Source: TPA_inf: Saccharomyces (lineage: Eukaryota). Taken from it: a DNA stretch of 64,000 nt. Shown here piece by piece: positions 21,079 through 32,994 of the stretch; the stretch's first letter is position 1; the number at the start of each line of letters is the position of its first letter. The position numbers were made by a program, and so were the translations under genes. A model generated the notes under the pieces. It was not told where the DNA came from, did no database searches, and saw nothing but the letters and a program-made list of their open reading frames with translations. Location: NCBI GenBank assembly GCA_000146045.2, contig BK006938.2:128001-192000 (forward strand), given 5' to 3'.

Positions 21079-21108
21079 AATAACATTCATCAGCAAAATT
21101 AATAAACT

Positions 21109-21116
21109 AAATAAAA

Positions 21117-21167
<51 letters not shown>
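21109..21167. repeat. (AAAT)n tetranucleotide microsatellite, about 13 units, in the convergent PAR32/GLT1 3' intergenic region.
   Basis: ataaaataaataaataaataaataaataaataaataaataaataaataaataat. Confidence 0.95.
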
Positions 21168-21168
<1 letters not shown>

Positions 21169-21202
21169 ATACGATCATAAAATAAATAATAACTCAAGCT
21201 TT

Positions 21203-24200
21203 TTAGACTTGACTAGCTAATTCTTTCAATAGTTTGTAATCACGTTGAACGATACCACCATTACTTGGTAGATACGTAGTGCCGTCCATTAGGAACTTAT
21301 CGACAGAGGCAGCACATTTTCTACCTTCTTGGATGGCCCAGACAATCAAAGATTGCCCTCTTCTACAGTCACCACATGCAAAAGTCTTTCCTCCATCAAT
21401 AGAGTATGAGGAGTCGTCGAGTGTGGCAATCGTACCACGTCTTGTCTTCTTAACTTCGTTATCGTTGCCATTGATCAATTCAGGACCCACGAAACCCATA
21501 GACAACAAAATGATATCGGCTTCAAAGATCTCTTCACTGTTGGGAATTTCTACCATTTGCCATACGCCACTTTGTGACTTCTTCCATTCTACGCGCACAG
21601 TTCTGATGGCAGTGACTTCACCCTCATCGTTACCGATAAATTCCTTGGACAAGATGCAGTATTCACGAGGGTCTCTACCATAATGCTCTTTCACTTCAGC
21701 ATGACCGTAGTCCACTCTCATGACACGCGGCCATTGAGGCCATGGATTGTCTTTGGCACGTTCCACTGGTGGCTCAGGCAACAATTCGAAATTCAAAACT
21801 GATGCTGCACCGTGTCTTACAGATGTACCTAAACAATCGTTACCTGTGTCACCACCACCGACAACAATTACTTTCTTACCTTGGATCTTTTCACGAATGA
21901 TTTCCAGATCTTTGTTCAATAAAGCTTTTGTGTTAGATTCCAACAACTGCATGGCAAAATCAATATTCTTCAATTCACGACCCTTAATAGGTAAGTCACG
22001 TGGAATGGTAGAACCGATAGCATACACTACTGCATTGTGCTTGTTCTTTAGCTCATCCATGCTTATGGTTTTACCAATTTCGGTGTTGGTAACAAAGTCA
22101 ATACCTTCGGCACTCAATAGATCAATACGACGTTGCACTATAGCCTTATCCAACTTCATGTTTGGAATACCATACATCAATAACCCACCACAACGGTCGG
22201 ATCTTTCATAAACAGTGACCGTATGTCCGGCACGGTTCAACATATCAGCACACGCTAAACCTGCTGGACCAGAACCAATGACACCCACTGTAAAGCCAGT
22301 GCGTGTACTTGGTGGACAAGGCTTAATCCATCCTTCCTTGAAAGCATTGTCAATGATAATTCTTTCAACCGATTTTATGCCGACTGGGTCTTCAATAATA
22401 CCTAGTGTACAAGCTCCCTCACAGGGTGCTGGACATACTCTTCCAGTGAATTCTGGGAAATTGTTTGTCTCTAGCAATTTGTCCAGTGCCAACTTCCATT
22501 GGTTCTTGAATAACAATTCATTAAACTTGGGGATAATGTTAGATAGGGGACAACCGGTATCAGATAAACAGAATGGTGTACCACAATCCATACATCTCGC
22601 AGTTTGATATTTGGCATCCTTCTTGGTAATAGGGTTAGTAAATTCTTTCCAGTCATTAACTCTGGTTCTTGGATCTCTGTGTGTCTCATGACGACGTTTG
22701 TGGATCATAAAACCACGTGTTTTTTCAATCCTTTCGCTATTCTTCTCTAGCTGTTTGGAATCTGGAACTGCATCTTCTAAATCAACAACCTTAGGCTCCT
22801 TCAAAGTGGCCTTATTTGAAATAGTAATACTCTTCTTTTTTTCTTGCTCTTTAGCTTTTTGATTAGCAATCAATAGAGTATTGACTTCGTCATCAACTTC
22901 TTGGTTCGATCTAAACTTCTTTAAGTATTCTGAAGTTGCCTTAGCCTTTGCCTTGGCAGCTTCTGCTTTCTCCTTCAACAAAACTTTCTTATAATCAGTT
23001 GGAATGACTTTAACGAAATCTTTCAAATAATGGTTGAAATTACCGAGAATCCTGGCTGCTAGATCAGATTGTGTGTAGTTCCAATGCTCCTGGATCAAAT
23101 TCTTAACAAACGCAATCTCGACCGGGTCACATAATGATTCTAACTCAACAGTATCTTTGTTAATCTTTCCAACAAAATCGTCGTAATCGGAAGTTAAACA
23201 GTATGCAATACCACCAGTAGCACCAGAGAAGGCGTTTAGGGATTCCATTTGTGATAAGACAATGGCACGACCACCAGTCATATACTCAAAGGCATTGTTA
23301 CCCTTAATTCTCTCAACAACGATGGTGGCACCAGAGTTTCTGACACCGAAACGCTCACCGGCACTACCTGAAATGAATGCAGTACCAGAAGTAGCACCAT
23401 AGAAACAAGTGTTACCAACAATTACATTTTCATCACTCTTGAATTTAGAATCCTTTGGTGGTTTAATGACAATAATACCACCGGATAAACCTTTACCAAC
23501 ATAATCATTAGCATCACCATTCAAGATAAAAGTGATACCAGAAGCTAGGAAAGCACCAAAAGATTGACCCGCTGAACCTTCTATGTTAACGACAACGGTG
23601 TCCTTTGGCAAACCATCTTCACCAAATTTCTTCGAGACTCTGTAAGATAAAGTAGAACCGAGTGCACGATCAGTATTGATTATAGAGGCGTCAATATTCA
23701 CTGGTAAGCCACGATCCAAAGTAACTTCAGCCTCATCGATTAACTTATTATCTAGACGGGTGTGGAGTTTGTGGTCTTGTTTCTTAGTGAACTTGGTTGG
23801 AACACCTGGACGAATAACATGTGCTGGGGTCAAAATAGGAGATAAATCGATATTTATGGCTTTGGCATTTACGTCGTCCCTTTTCTTTAATTTTTCAGAA
23901 TGACCCACCATTTCGTCAATGGTACGGAATCCTAACTTGGCCATGATTTGTCTTAAATCTTGGATCAAGTAATAGAAGAAGTTGATAACATGTTCGGGCT
24001 GACCCTTAAACTTACTTCTCAAATATGGATCTTGTGTGGCAATACCAACAGCACAAGAGTTCAAGTGACATCTTCTTAACATAACACAACCCATAGCAAT
24101 TAATGGAACTGTTGCCAAGGTAAAAGATTCTGCCCCTAATAAAACTGCAACAGCAATATCAAACCCAGTTCTCAATTGACCATCGGTTTGGACAACAACA

Positions 24201-27200
24201 TTACGTCTTAAATCATTCAAGACTAAAGTCTGGTGAGTTTCAGCTAGACCTAATTCCCATGGCAAACCCGCATATTTGACACTCGTCCATCTTGCAGCAC
24301 CTGTACCACCATCATGACCAGAAACTAAGATATGATCGGCTTTAGCCTTAGCTACACCAGAGGCAACAATACCAACACCAACTTCGGAAACCAACTTTAC
24401 AGAAATTCCCGCTCTTGGATTAGCACATTTCAAATCATAAATCAGTTGTTTCAAATCTTCAATGGAATAAATATCGTGATGAGGAGGAGGAGAGATTAAC
24501 CCAACATTAGGGGTGGAGTGCCTGGTTTTTGCGATATCCTTAGACACTTTGTGGGCTGGTAGTTCACCACCTTCACCCGGCTTAGCACCCTGAGCAATCT
24601 TAATTTGGATTTCATCAGCATCTGACAAGTAGTATGAAGTTACACCGAATCTAGCGGAAGCAACTTGTTTGATAGCAGATCTCATAGTATCACCGTTTTC
24701 TTGAACAGCAGAACGTTCTGCGTCTTCACCACCTTCACCACAATTGGATTTGGCCCCTAAACGATTCATGGCAATAGCCAATGTAGAGTGAGCTTCCATA
24801 GAAATAGAACCATAAGACATTGCACCTGACGCAAATCTTCTGGCAATTTCAGTCCATGGTTCAACTTGTTCTAGAGGGATACTGACAGAATTTTCAAAAT
24901 CTAATTCTAACAGTCCTCTTAGTGTACAGTCTCTAATTGCTTCCATTTCCTTCTTTACATATAATTGCCAAGAGACATCATTTTTGTTTCTGACAGTATC
25001 TTGTAACGAAGCAATTGCGGTTGGTTCGTTGACGTGTTTGTAACCACCATCCCTAAAGTGGTATTCACCACTTTCTGGTAAGTTAACAGATTTACTAATG
25101 GTTTGTCTGGATGGATAACCACGCTCATGTAAAGAAAAGGCATCTTGAGCCAAATACTCGAAAGTTACACCTCTAATTCTGGAAGAAGTACCTGTGAAAC
25201 ACAAATCAACAATAGAGTTATCTAAACCTAGGGCTTCAAAAATTTGAGCACCTTTGTAGGATGCTAGAGTGGAGATACCCATTTTAGACATAACCTTCAA
25301 GATACCTGCATCAATAGCGTGCTTGTAATTTTCTAGTATTTGCCCTTCCTCAAGTGTATCATTGTCATTGTTGACATTACGAAGTAGACCTTCTCTATTC
25401 ATTCTGACCAAAGTTTCCATGGCTAAGTATGGATAAACACCATCACAACCATAACCTAGTAGGACACAGAAATGGTGAATTTCTCTGGCTTCACCTGTTT
25501 CCAAAATCAAAGCAACTTGGGAACGCTGCTTGTTTCTGATTAGGTGATGATGAATACATGAAATTGCAATCAAAGAGGAGATGGAAACACGGTTGGCACC
25601 CATTTTCCTGTCAGTAATTATTAAGATCTTTTTACCATCATCAATTGCTTCGCTCGCTAACTTAGTGATTTTATCAATTGTGTCGGTATAGCCCAATAGA
25701 CCCTCACTCTTGTCGAATGTGATATCAATTTCTGCTACAGACCATGATGGGTAAGCAGCTTCAATGTTTTTCAAAGCTTGGAACTCATTCCAATGCAAAA
25801 TAGGAGATTTCAATAATAAACGATCACATTGAGATGAATGCATTTCCAAAAGGTTGCCTTGAGGTCCGACATAACATTCTAACGACATAACATTTGCTTC
25901 ACGAATTGGGTCAATTGGAGGATTGGTCACTTGAGCAAACAATTGTCTGAAATAATCATAAAGTAAGACAGGATTTTCATTTAAACAAGCCAGTGGCGCA
26001 TCGTTACCCATCGAACCTAAAGCTTCTTTACCTGTTAAAGCCATTGGAGTTAACAGAAATGTGACTTGTTCGAAGGTATAACCATTGGCCAATAGACGTG
26101 GGTCACTTTGAACTTTCAAAGACAATGAATCCTGTGATATAAATTCTTTAGGAACCAAATTAGCGGTTTTTGATAACAAGTCGTCTAACTTGATGACTTT
26201 GGATAACCAAGACTTAAAATCTTGTCTTTTTGAGATTTGAGATTTTAACTTTTTAGTATCGACCATTTCACCCAATTGAGTATCCACTAGGAATAAATCA
26301 CCTGGCTTCAGTTTACCTTTTTGAACAACCAATGAATTTTCGATAGGAATGACACCTACCTCTGAAGCACAGATAACTCTGTCATCACTAGTGATGTAAT
26401 AACGACAAGGTCTTAAACCATTTCTATCCAATATAGCACCACAGTAACGTCCATCAGTGAAAGTTAACAAAGCTGGACCATCCCAAGGTTCCATCAGACA
26501 TGCAGCCCAGTCGTACCATGCTTTTAGGTCAGAATCCATATCCTTATGATACGCTTCAGGAACCATCATCATAACAGCTTCAGGTAGAGATAATGTGCCA
26601 TTAATAGTCAATAGTTCTAAAACGTTATCCAATGCAGCTGAATCAGAACCACCTTCTTCGATAATTGGGTATAGTTTGTCTAACTCATCTTTGAAAGTTG
26701 CTGAATTCATCACACCTTCTCTGGAGCGCATCCAATTCTTGTTACCTCTTAAGGTGTTAATTTCACCATTATGAGCTAGCCAACGTAAAGGTTGAGCTCT
26801 ATCCCAAGAGGGGAAAGTATTAGTGGAAAATCTTGAATGGACCAACGCCATGTGGGATTTGAAATGCGCATTAGTCAAGTCGGGATAGTAGTTATACACT
26901 TGAGCTGGCGTCAATTGACCCTTGTAAACAATGGTGGTATTGTTTAGGGAACAAACATAGAACCAGTTTTCCAGTCCTATTTGAAGAGAGGCCTCCTTCC
27001 TTAAAAGATACAATTGAGTTCTAAATTTAGTTTCATTAAACTCCGGTTGTTTTTCATCATACAATGGAACCAATAATGGCTGTAGAATAGTAGGTTCACG
27101 AGATAATGCAACGTCTCCTAAAATAGTAGAATCTACGGGGACGTTTCTCCAACCTAATACGGATAAGTTGAAGGATGCAGCTAAATCCTCGAAAATCTTC

Positions 27201-27640
27201 TGACACTTAATTAAATTTTTCTTGTTATTTTTTTCGTTCTTCTTGAAGAAGACGTTACCTACGGCGTATTTGCCCATCTCAGGTATGTCTAGATCAAGAT
27301 CTAACTTGAATTCTCTTTTCATAAATTCGTGAGGAATACCTAGCAGAATACCGGCACCGTCACCGTTCCCATCAGATGAGACGGCACCACGATGTGTCAT
27401 ATTCACTAAAAGATATCTAGCGTCAGTAACAATCTTGTGAGACTGTTCACCATGCTTATTTGCTACGAAACCGACACCACAAGCGTCATGTTCATAATCA
27501 GGGTCGTAAAGTCCTCGTTTGTCCGGAATCACATTTGCCCAAGATTTATGAAGATGGTGTTCATCGTTATAGTTTTGAATTGTCCCACCTTCGTAAGCTT
27601 CTTCCAATGGATCGAAATTGTCTGATTTCAACACTGGCAT
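21203..27640 (-). CDS. GLT1: NADH-dependent glutamate synthase (GOGAT), 2145 aa, with the alpha- and beta-like modules fused in one polypeptide.
   Basis: MPVLKSDNFDPLEEAYEGG…HDACGVGFVAN is an Ntn-type class II amidotransferase. FMN/Fe-S central domains follow, and the C-terminus has …GSGPAGLACADMLNRAGHTVTVYERSDRCGG…, an NAD(P)H-binding small-subunit-like module. ATG (reverse complement 27638..27640) confirmed. Confidence 0.96.
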   Translation of the reverse strand: MPVLKSDNFDPLEEAYEGGTIQNYNDEHHLHKSWANVIPDKRGLYDPDYEHDACGVGFVANKHGEQSHKIVTDARYLLVNMTHRGAVSSDGNGDGAGILLGIPHEFMKREFKLDLDLDIPEMGKYAVGNVFFKKNEKNNKKNLIKCQKIFEDLAASFNLSVLGWRNVPVDSTILGDVALSREPTILQPLLVPLYDEKQPEFNETKFRTQLYLLRKEASLQIGLENWFYVCSLNNTTIVYKGQLTPAQVYNYYPDLTNAHFKSHMALVHSRFSTNTFPSWDRAQPLRWLAHNGEINTLRGNKNWMRSREGVMNSATFKDELDKLYPIIEEGGSDSAALDNVLELLTINGTLSLPEAVMMMVPEAYHKDMDSDLKAWYDWAACLMEPWDGPALLTFTDGRYCGAILDRNGLRPCRYYITSDDRVICASEVGVIPIENSLVVQKGKLKPGDLFLVDTQLGEMVDTKKLKSQISKRQDFKSWLSKVIKLDDLLSKTANLVPKEFISQDSLSLKVQSDPRLLANGYTFEQVTFLLTPMALTGKEALGSMGNDAPLACLNENPVLLYDYFRQLFAQVTNPPIDPIREANVMSLECYVGPQGNLLEMHSSQCDRLLLKSPILHWNEFQALKNIEAAYPSWSVAEIDITFDKSEGLLGYTDTIDKITKLASEAIDDGKKILIITDRKMGANRVSISSLIAISCIHHHLIRNKQRSQVALILETGEAREIHHFCVLLGYGCDGVYPYLAMETLVRMNREGLLRNVNNDNDTLEEGQILENYKHAIDAGILKVMSKMGISTLASYKGAQIFEALGLDNSIVDLCFTGTSSRIRGVTFEYLAQDAFSLHERGYPSRQTISKSVNLPESGEYHFRDGGYKHVNEPTAIASLQDTVRNKNDVSWQLYVKKEMEAIRDCTLRGLLELDFENSVSIPLEQVEPWTEIARRFASGAMSYGSISMEAHSTLAIAMNRLGAKSNCGEGGEDAERSAVQENGDTMRSAIKQVASARFGVTSYYLSDADEIQIKIAQGAKPGEGGELPAHKVSKDIAKTRHSTPNVGLISPPPHHDIYSIEDLKQLIYDLKCANPRAGISVKLVSEVGVGIVASGVAKAKADHILVSGHDGGTGAARWTSVKYAGLPWELGLAETHQTLVLNDLRRNVVVQTDGQLRTGFDIAVAVLLGAESFTLATVPLIAMGCVMLRRCHLNSCAVGIATQDPYLRSKFKGQPEHVINFFYYLIQDLRQIMAKLGFRTIDEMVGHSEKLKKRDDVNAKAINIDLSPILTPAHVIRPGVPTKFTKKQDHKLHTRLDNKLIDEAEVTLDRGLPVNIDASIINTDRALGSTLSYRVSKKFGEDGLPKDTVVVNIEGSAGQSFGAFLASGITFILNGDANDYVGKGLSGGIIVIKPPKDSKFKSDENVIVGNTCFYGATSGTAFISGSAGERFGVRNSGATIVVERIKGNNAFEYMTGGRAIVLSQMESLNAFSGATGGIAYCLTSDYDDFVGKINKDTVELESLCDPVEIAFVKNLIQEHWNYTQSDLAARILGNFNHYLKDFVKVIPTDYKKVLLKEKAEAAKAKAKATSEYLKKFRSNQEVDDEVNTLLIANQKAKEQEKKKSITISNKATLKEPKVVDLEDAVPDSKQLEKNSERIEKTRGFMIHKRRHETHRDPRTRVNDWKEFTNPITKKDAKYQTARCMDCGTPFCLSDTGCPLSNIIPKFNELLFKNQWKLALDKLLETNNFPEFTGRVCPAPCEGACTLGIIEDPVGIKSVERIIIDNAFKEGWIKPCPPSTRTGFTVGVIGSGPAGLACADMLNRAGHTVTVYERSDRCGGLLMYGIPNMKLDKAIVQRRIDLLSAEGIDFVTNTEIGKTISMDELKNKHNAVVYAIGSTIPRDLPIKGRELKNIDFAMQLLESNTKALLNKDLEIIREKIQGKKVIVVGGGDTGNDCLGTSVRHGAASVLNFELLPEPPVERAKDNPWPQWPRVMRVDYGHAEVKEHYGRDPREYCILSKEFIGNDEGEVTAIRTVRVEWKKSQSGVWQMVEIPNSEEIFEADIILLSMGFVGPELINGNDNEVKKTRRGTIATLDDSSYSIDGGKTFACGDCRRGQSLIVWAIQEGRKCAASVDKFLMDGTTYLPSNGGIVQRDYKLLKELASQV

Positions 27641-27971
27641 GCTTTCTTTTCTAATTCTTTTTCTAGTTCTTCAAAATAAATAAATGGCAAATAGATTAAG
27701 AAAAAAGAGAGAGTAGAAAGACAAAAATAAATAAAAAAAAACTGAAGCAGAAAAATAAATAAATAAGTTAAACGTTAATCACTACCTCAATGAGCTAAAA
27801 GAAGGGGAAGAAAGAGCAACTGAGAGTATCCGTCTGCGTAGTATAGGACTGAGATAGCAATTTCCTATCTTCCTATGATGTGGAGACGATTAGTTTGGTG
27901 TGTTATCAAGTAAGATATAAGAATTGATTAATTTGGTAAGAAATGAAACAATAGGACGAAAAATACAATAA

Positions 27972-28006
27972 GATAAGGAAGACCATCAGAACTTATGAAT
28001 GACTAA
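27972..28006. promoter_or_regulatory. GATAAG (GATA-factor) and TGACTAA (Gcn4-like) motifs in the GLT1/UGA3 divergent promoter.
   Basis: aGATAAGg is at 27972..27977 and aTGACTAAg at 28000..28006. These are single short motifs, so the evidence is weak. Confidence 0.25.
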
Positions 28007-28317
28007 GAAAAGCAGTTTATATTTTTTTTTTGGGCAATTTATTGCTTCTTTTTTTTACGTTTTGCGGGCATCACGTTCGTCGTGACATATGACTTGAAAA
28101 ATGTGCAAAAGCTTATCGGAGCCAATCGGATTGACGCATTAAAACCGAAGTGTATTAGGACCAAATTTGCGCTGTATAGGGTTGAACGGTAGGGCTACCA
28201 GGGTCTGAGTCATCAAAGAAAAAGAAATTACAATAAGAGTCTTACTTAAGATGATATAGAATTGTTGTTATTGTTCATGTATGGATGCCAAGAAAACAAA
28301 GTTTTTTAAAGTGAGGT

Positions 28318-29904
28318 ATGAATTATGGCGTGGAGAAGCTGAAATTGAAATATTCGAAGCATGGGTGTATTACTTGCAAGATCAGAAAGAAGAGATGCTC
28401 TGAAGATAAACCTGTGTGCCGGGACTGTCGTCGATTAAGTTTTCCCTGTATCTATATATCAGAATCTGTTGATAAGCAGTCTTTGAAAAAAATAAAGGCA
28501 GATATACAGCACCAGTTGATCAGCAAGAAAAGAAAGCATGCTCCTGACAGTGCTCAGAAAGCGGCCGTGGCCACCCGTACTCGACGGGTCGGTAGCGACG
28601 AACAGGATAACCAGGTATATTTGTCAAAACCGCTGGAAGATTGCATTTCTCAGAAGCTGGACTCTATGGGATTGCAGCTGTACAACTACTACAGGTCTCA
28701 CCTTGCAAACATAATTTCCATCGCGCCCATGAACCAGAACTACTATCTGAACATTTTCTTGCCAATGGCCCACGAGAATGATGGTATATTGTTTGCTATT
28801 CTTGCTTGGTCAGCTAATCATTTGTCTATATCATCATCAAATGAGCTGCGAAAGGATGAAATATTTGTCAACTTGGCGAACAAGTATACATACATGTCGT
28901 TATCGCATCTAAAGACAAACGAGGGCTCAAGTGCCTGTGCTAAACTGGGGTTTCTATATTCACTAGCACAAATCCTAATCTTATGTGGTTCAGAGATATG
29001 TCAGGGTGATGTGAAATTTTGGAAGATATTATTGAATATAGGAAAAAATTTGATCGAAAACCATGTGGGCAAGGATGTCTCACGGATACTAACCACTACT
29101 ACAGAAGAACCCTCCCTAGAGGAGAGGATAATCTTCCCCAATTTCAATTCCGTTGTTAAGTACTGGCTGATTGTGAATTTTATATATCATGATATTTTGA
29201 ATTTCAATACAACGTCCTTCCCGATCGAACAATACGAGAAATTCTTCCAAAGGGATCAGAACTCTTTACCCAGCTCAGCCAACTTTATTGAGTCAATAGA
29301 CTCGCCAATTGAGGAAATAGACCCTTTAATTGGCATCAACAAGCCTATTTTACTACTATTGGGACAAGTCACAAATTTGACGAGGTTTTTGCAGACTATG
29401 GAACAGGAAGAAATGCTAGAGCATGGCGATAAAATTTTGAGTTTGCAAGTCGAGATTTATAAATTACAACCTTCGCTTATGGCGCTGGAACATTTGGATG
29501 ATGAAAAGAAATTTTACTATTTAGAACTATTCGAGATAATGAAAATTTCTACCTTAATGTTCTTTCAATTAACTTTATTAAAGATTGACAAAGATTCGCT
29601 GGAACTACAGATACTGAGAAACAAATTGGACTCGAAGCTAGACAAGGTCATCGGAACTTTTTTGGAAGGATCGTTATGCTTCCCACTTTTCATTTACGGT
29701 GTATGCATTCAGGTAGAAGATATGGAGAAAAAAATAGATTTGGAAGCCAAATTTGACGACATTTTAAAACGATATAAATGTTACAATTTCCAAAATGCTA
29801 GATTATTGATACGGAAAATTTGGCAAAACGAGGCTGATGGCATCAGTGAGCATGACCTGGTCCACATGATTGACGAATTAGATTACAATATTAATTTTGC
29901 CTGA
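28318..29904 (+). CDS. UGA3: Zn2Cys6 transcriptional activator of GABA-utilisation genes (528 aa).
   Basis: The N-terminal CITCKIRKKRCSEDKPVCRDCRRLSFPC binuclear cluster is present. ATG at 28318. Length matches UGA3. Confidence 0.92.
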   Translation: MNYGVEKLKLKYSKHGCITCKIRKKRCSEDKPVCRDCRRLSFPCIYISESVDKQSLKKIKADIQHQLISKKRKHAPDSAQKAAVATRTRRVGSDEQDNQVYLSKPLEDCISQKLDSMGLQLYNYYRSHLANIISIAPMNQNYYLNIFLPMAHENDGILFAILAWSANHLSISSSNELRKDEIFVNLANKYTYMSLSHLKTNEGSSACAKLGFLYSLAQILILCGSEICQGDVKFWKILLNIGKNLIENHVGKDVSRILTTTTEEPSLEERIIFPNFNSVVKYWLIVNFIYHDILNFNTTSFPIEQYEKFFQRDQNSLPSSANFIESIDSPIEEIDPLIGINKPILLLLGQVTNLTRFLQTMEQEEMLEHGDKILSLQVEIYKLQPSLMALEHLDDEKKFYYLELFEIMKISTLMFFQLTLLKIDKDSLELQILRNKLDSKLDKVIGTFLEGSLCFPLFIYGVCIQVEDMEKKIDLEAKFDDILKRYKCYNFQNARLLIRKIWQNEADGISEHDLVHMIDELDYNINFA

Positions 29905-30063
29905 GCAGCATATATTTTCTTTCCCCGCCCCCTGGGTGTCTTAAATTATTGTTTCACCACACAAACATATATATGTTCTTTTTTTTTTTTGTAGGACGTA
30001 CGGATTCAAAAACAATTTATACCTATACAATGTAGAAATGCTAACGTTGAGACATAGAAGTAA

Positions 30064-30735
30064 TTATTTAATTAACCATTTTAGGTGATTATTTTCAGGG
30101 GTGTCCGAGTCCACCTCTACAACATCCACCTGCCCGGTTTGATACCTGTAATCGCCTGTCTTGGAGTCCTCCACAAAGCTTATGCTTCTCTCAGATTTCC
30201 TGCGTGGCCTATCCATTATGGCTGCTCCTGCATACGACGTGCCAGTGCCGCCAATCATATCTATATCATGATTGCTTTCCCCGTCGCTTGTACTATCTTC
30301 ATTCGAGTGGACGTCATGAGCCCATACAGATTTATACCGATTTGCTCTCGGAAATTCATGGCCATCTAGCACTTGTATTCTTTGGTAGTGATCACTATCA
30401 TTATCCTCGTCACTCTCGTCCCTTTCACAAACGGGGCTTTCCCTTCTCTGCTTTGCAGTCCTTGTTAATTTAGTCTTAGACTTCATTTTAGCTCTTTTAT
30501 TAGATTTTGTCTTTAATTTGCCCTTGATCTTCAAAATTAACTCATCAAAGTTGTCCTCGTGTGCATCATATACCACCTTATATGATTGTTGGTATTGTGT
30601 GGCGAATAAGTCCTGGTTCCAGGCAAAACCTTGACTTTGAGATACAGATATTTTAAAATTTGGCCTTATTTCTGCACTATATGTAAATACCGAACTGGTA
30701 TTTGAGTATACAATAAGTTTCTCCTTATCCTCCAT
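30064..30735 (-). CDS. UGX2: Protein of unknown function (223 aa), basic/acidic-rich; YDL169C.
   Basis: MEDKEKLIVYSNTSSVFTYSAEIRPNFKISVSQSQGFAWNQDLFATQYQQSYKVVYDAHEDNFDELILKIKGKLKTKSNKRAKMKSKTK… Position and length match UGX2. Confidence 0.85.
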   Translation of the reverse strand: MEDKEKLIVYSNTSSVFTYSAEIRPNFKISVSQSQGFAWNQDLFATQYQQSYKVVYDAHEDNFDELILKIKGKLKTKSNKRAKMKSKTKLTRTAKQRRESPVCERDESDEDNDSDHYQRIQVLDGHEFPRANRYKSVWAHDVHSNEDSTSDGESNHDIDMIGGTGTSYAGAAIMDRPRRKSERSISFVEDSKTGDYRYQTGQVDVVEVDSDTPENNHLKWLIK

Positions 30736-31576
30736 GACTCTTCAGTAGCGGTTATGAACACGATATAACTATCTGCATTTAACGCTGGTACTGATTTCAA
30801 TTTATCCTTATCAAATGATACGCTCTTTCCCTTTAAAAAGCGCCCTTACCTCGTTCCGAACGGCGCTAGTAAGAATTTCATCAAATTGCCCTTCTTGTGG
30901 GGGGATGCTCATCACAGACTACTGAATATGCATCACAGAAAAGACAAAAAGAACCATTAACATGATTCTGCATATATTTGAATGATTAATCCATGGTATT
31001 GATTTAAGGCGGTAAGAAGGAAAATTTAAAATTTGGATATTACCATCTTCTTCTACACTCATATATATTCCTAATTTCCTTTGCATCAGGTCAATCGTGA
31101 CAGTTGTTGCTTATAAATGCGATTATTTTCTGCGTAATATCCATAATTACTTCAAGAACCCCTTAGGTGACAACCGAAAGTCAGCAGTCACTTAATAGTA
31201 TTTAGTGTCAGAATTTGTTGGCCTATTTTCTTACATTCACTATATAATACTTACGGGGCTAGTTTTATTTTCTACCACAAATAAAAATAAAGCATCTTTT
31301 AATTTTCTTCCCTTGAATGGCTTAAGTGCCTCAGTCGAATGGCAACTTGGTTCCATTATTATCAACTGTATACTATTATAGAGGCATTTTTTTCAATAAA
31401 GACATGCGGTGTGTGGGTCTTTTTACCTCTGTAAGTTACGTAATAATGGAATTTCATAGAGGAAGAAAGATGAAAAAATTCACTTATAAAGGGAAGGACA
31501 TCCGTGTGCTTATACCAGCTTGAGAAAGTACTGACCCTTGAATCGTTAAGTTTACTTCTACAAAATCTCCAAGTAA

Positions 31577-32764
<1,188 letters not shown>

Positions 32765-32994
32765 GAGTACTTAATTAAACTAAGTAAGCATGACTCAAAT
32801 TTTCTGGAATACTTTGAAAATCAACGTCCTACATTCTATCAAATATCATATATATGCGCACAATTACGTTCTTCAGCAATCAGTTAGACCTGAAGAAAAA
32901 AGTAAGGGTAGAAAAAGTATATAAATATATAAAAGTGTAAAAATAAAAAATACAATGTGGTTGTGTGAAATTTATTGACCTCGCCTGTTCCTAA

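Noticed and set aside
20607-21086. 159-aa minus-strand ORF overlapping PAR32 (corresponds to dubious YDL172C).
   Set aside because: It lies entirely inside PAR32 on the opposite strand. Its poly-Phe and low-complexity content mirrors the PAR32 (GAA)n and N-rich codons.
21279-22689. Several 72 to 154-aa ORFs lying within GLT1 on the plus strand and one on the minus strand out of frame.
   Set aside because: They are shadow ORFs inside a 6.4-kb verified CDS with no motifs.
30856-30876. ttCCGAACGGcg everted CGG pair near UGX2/SFA1, considered as a possible Uga3 / Zn-cluster site.
   Set aside because: The spacing (CCG N2 CGG) does not match the known UAS-GABA (CCG N4 CGG) or other characterised Zn2Cys6 sites.
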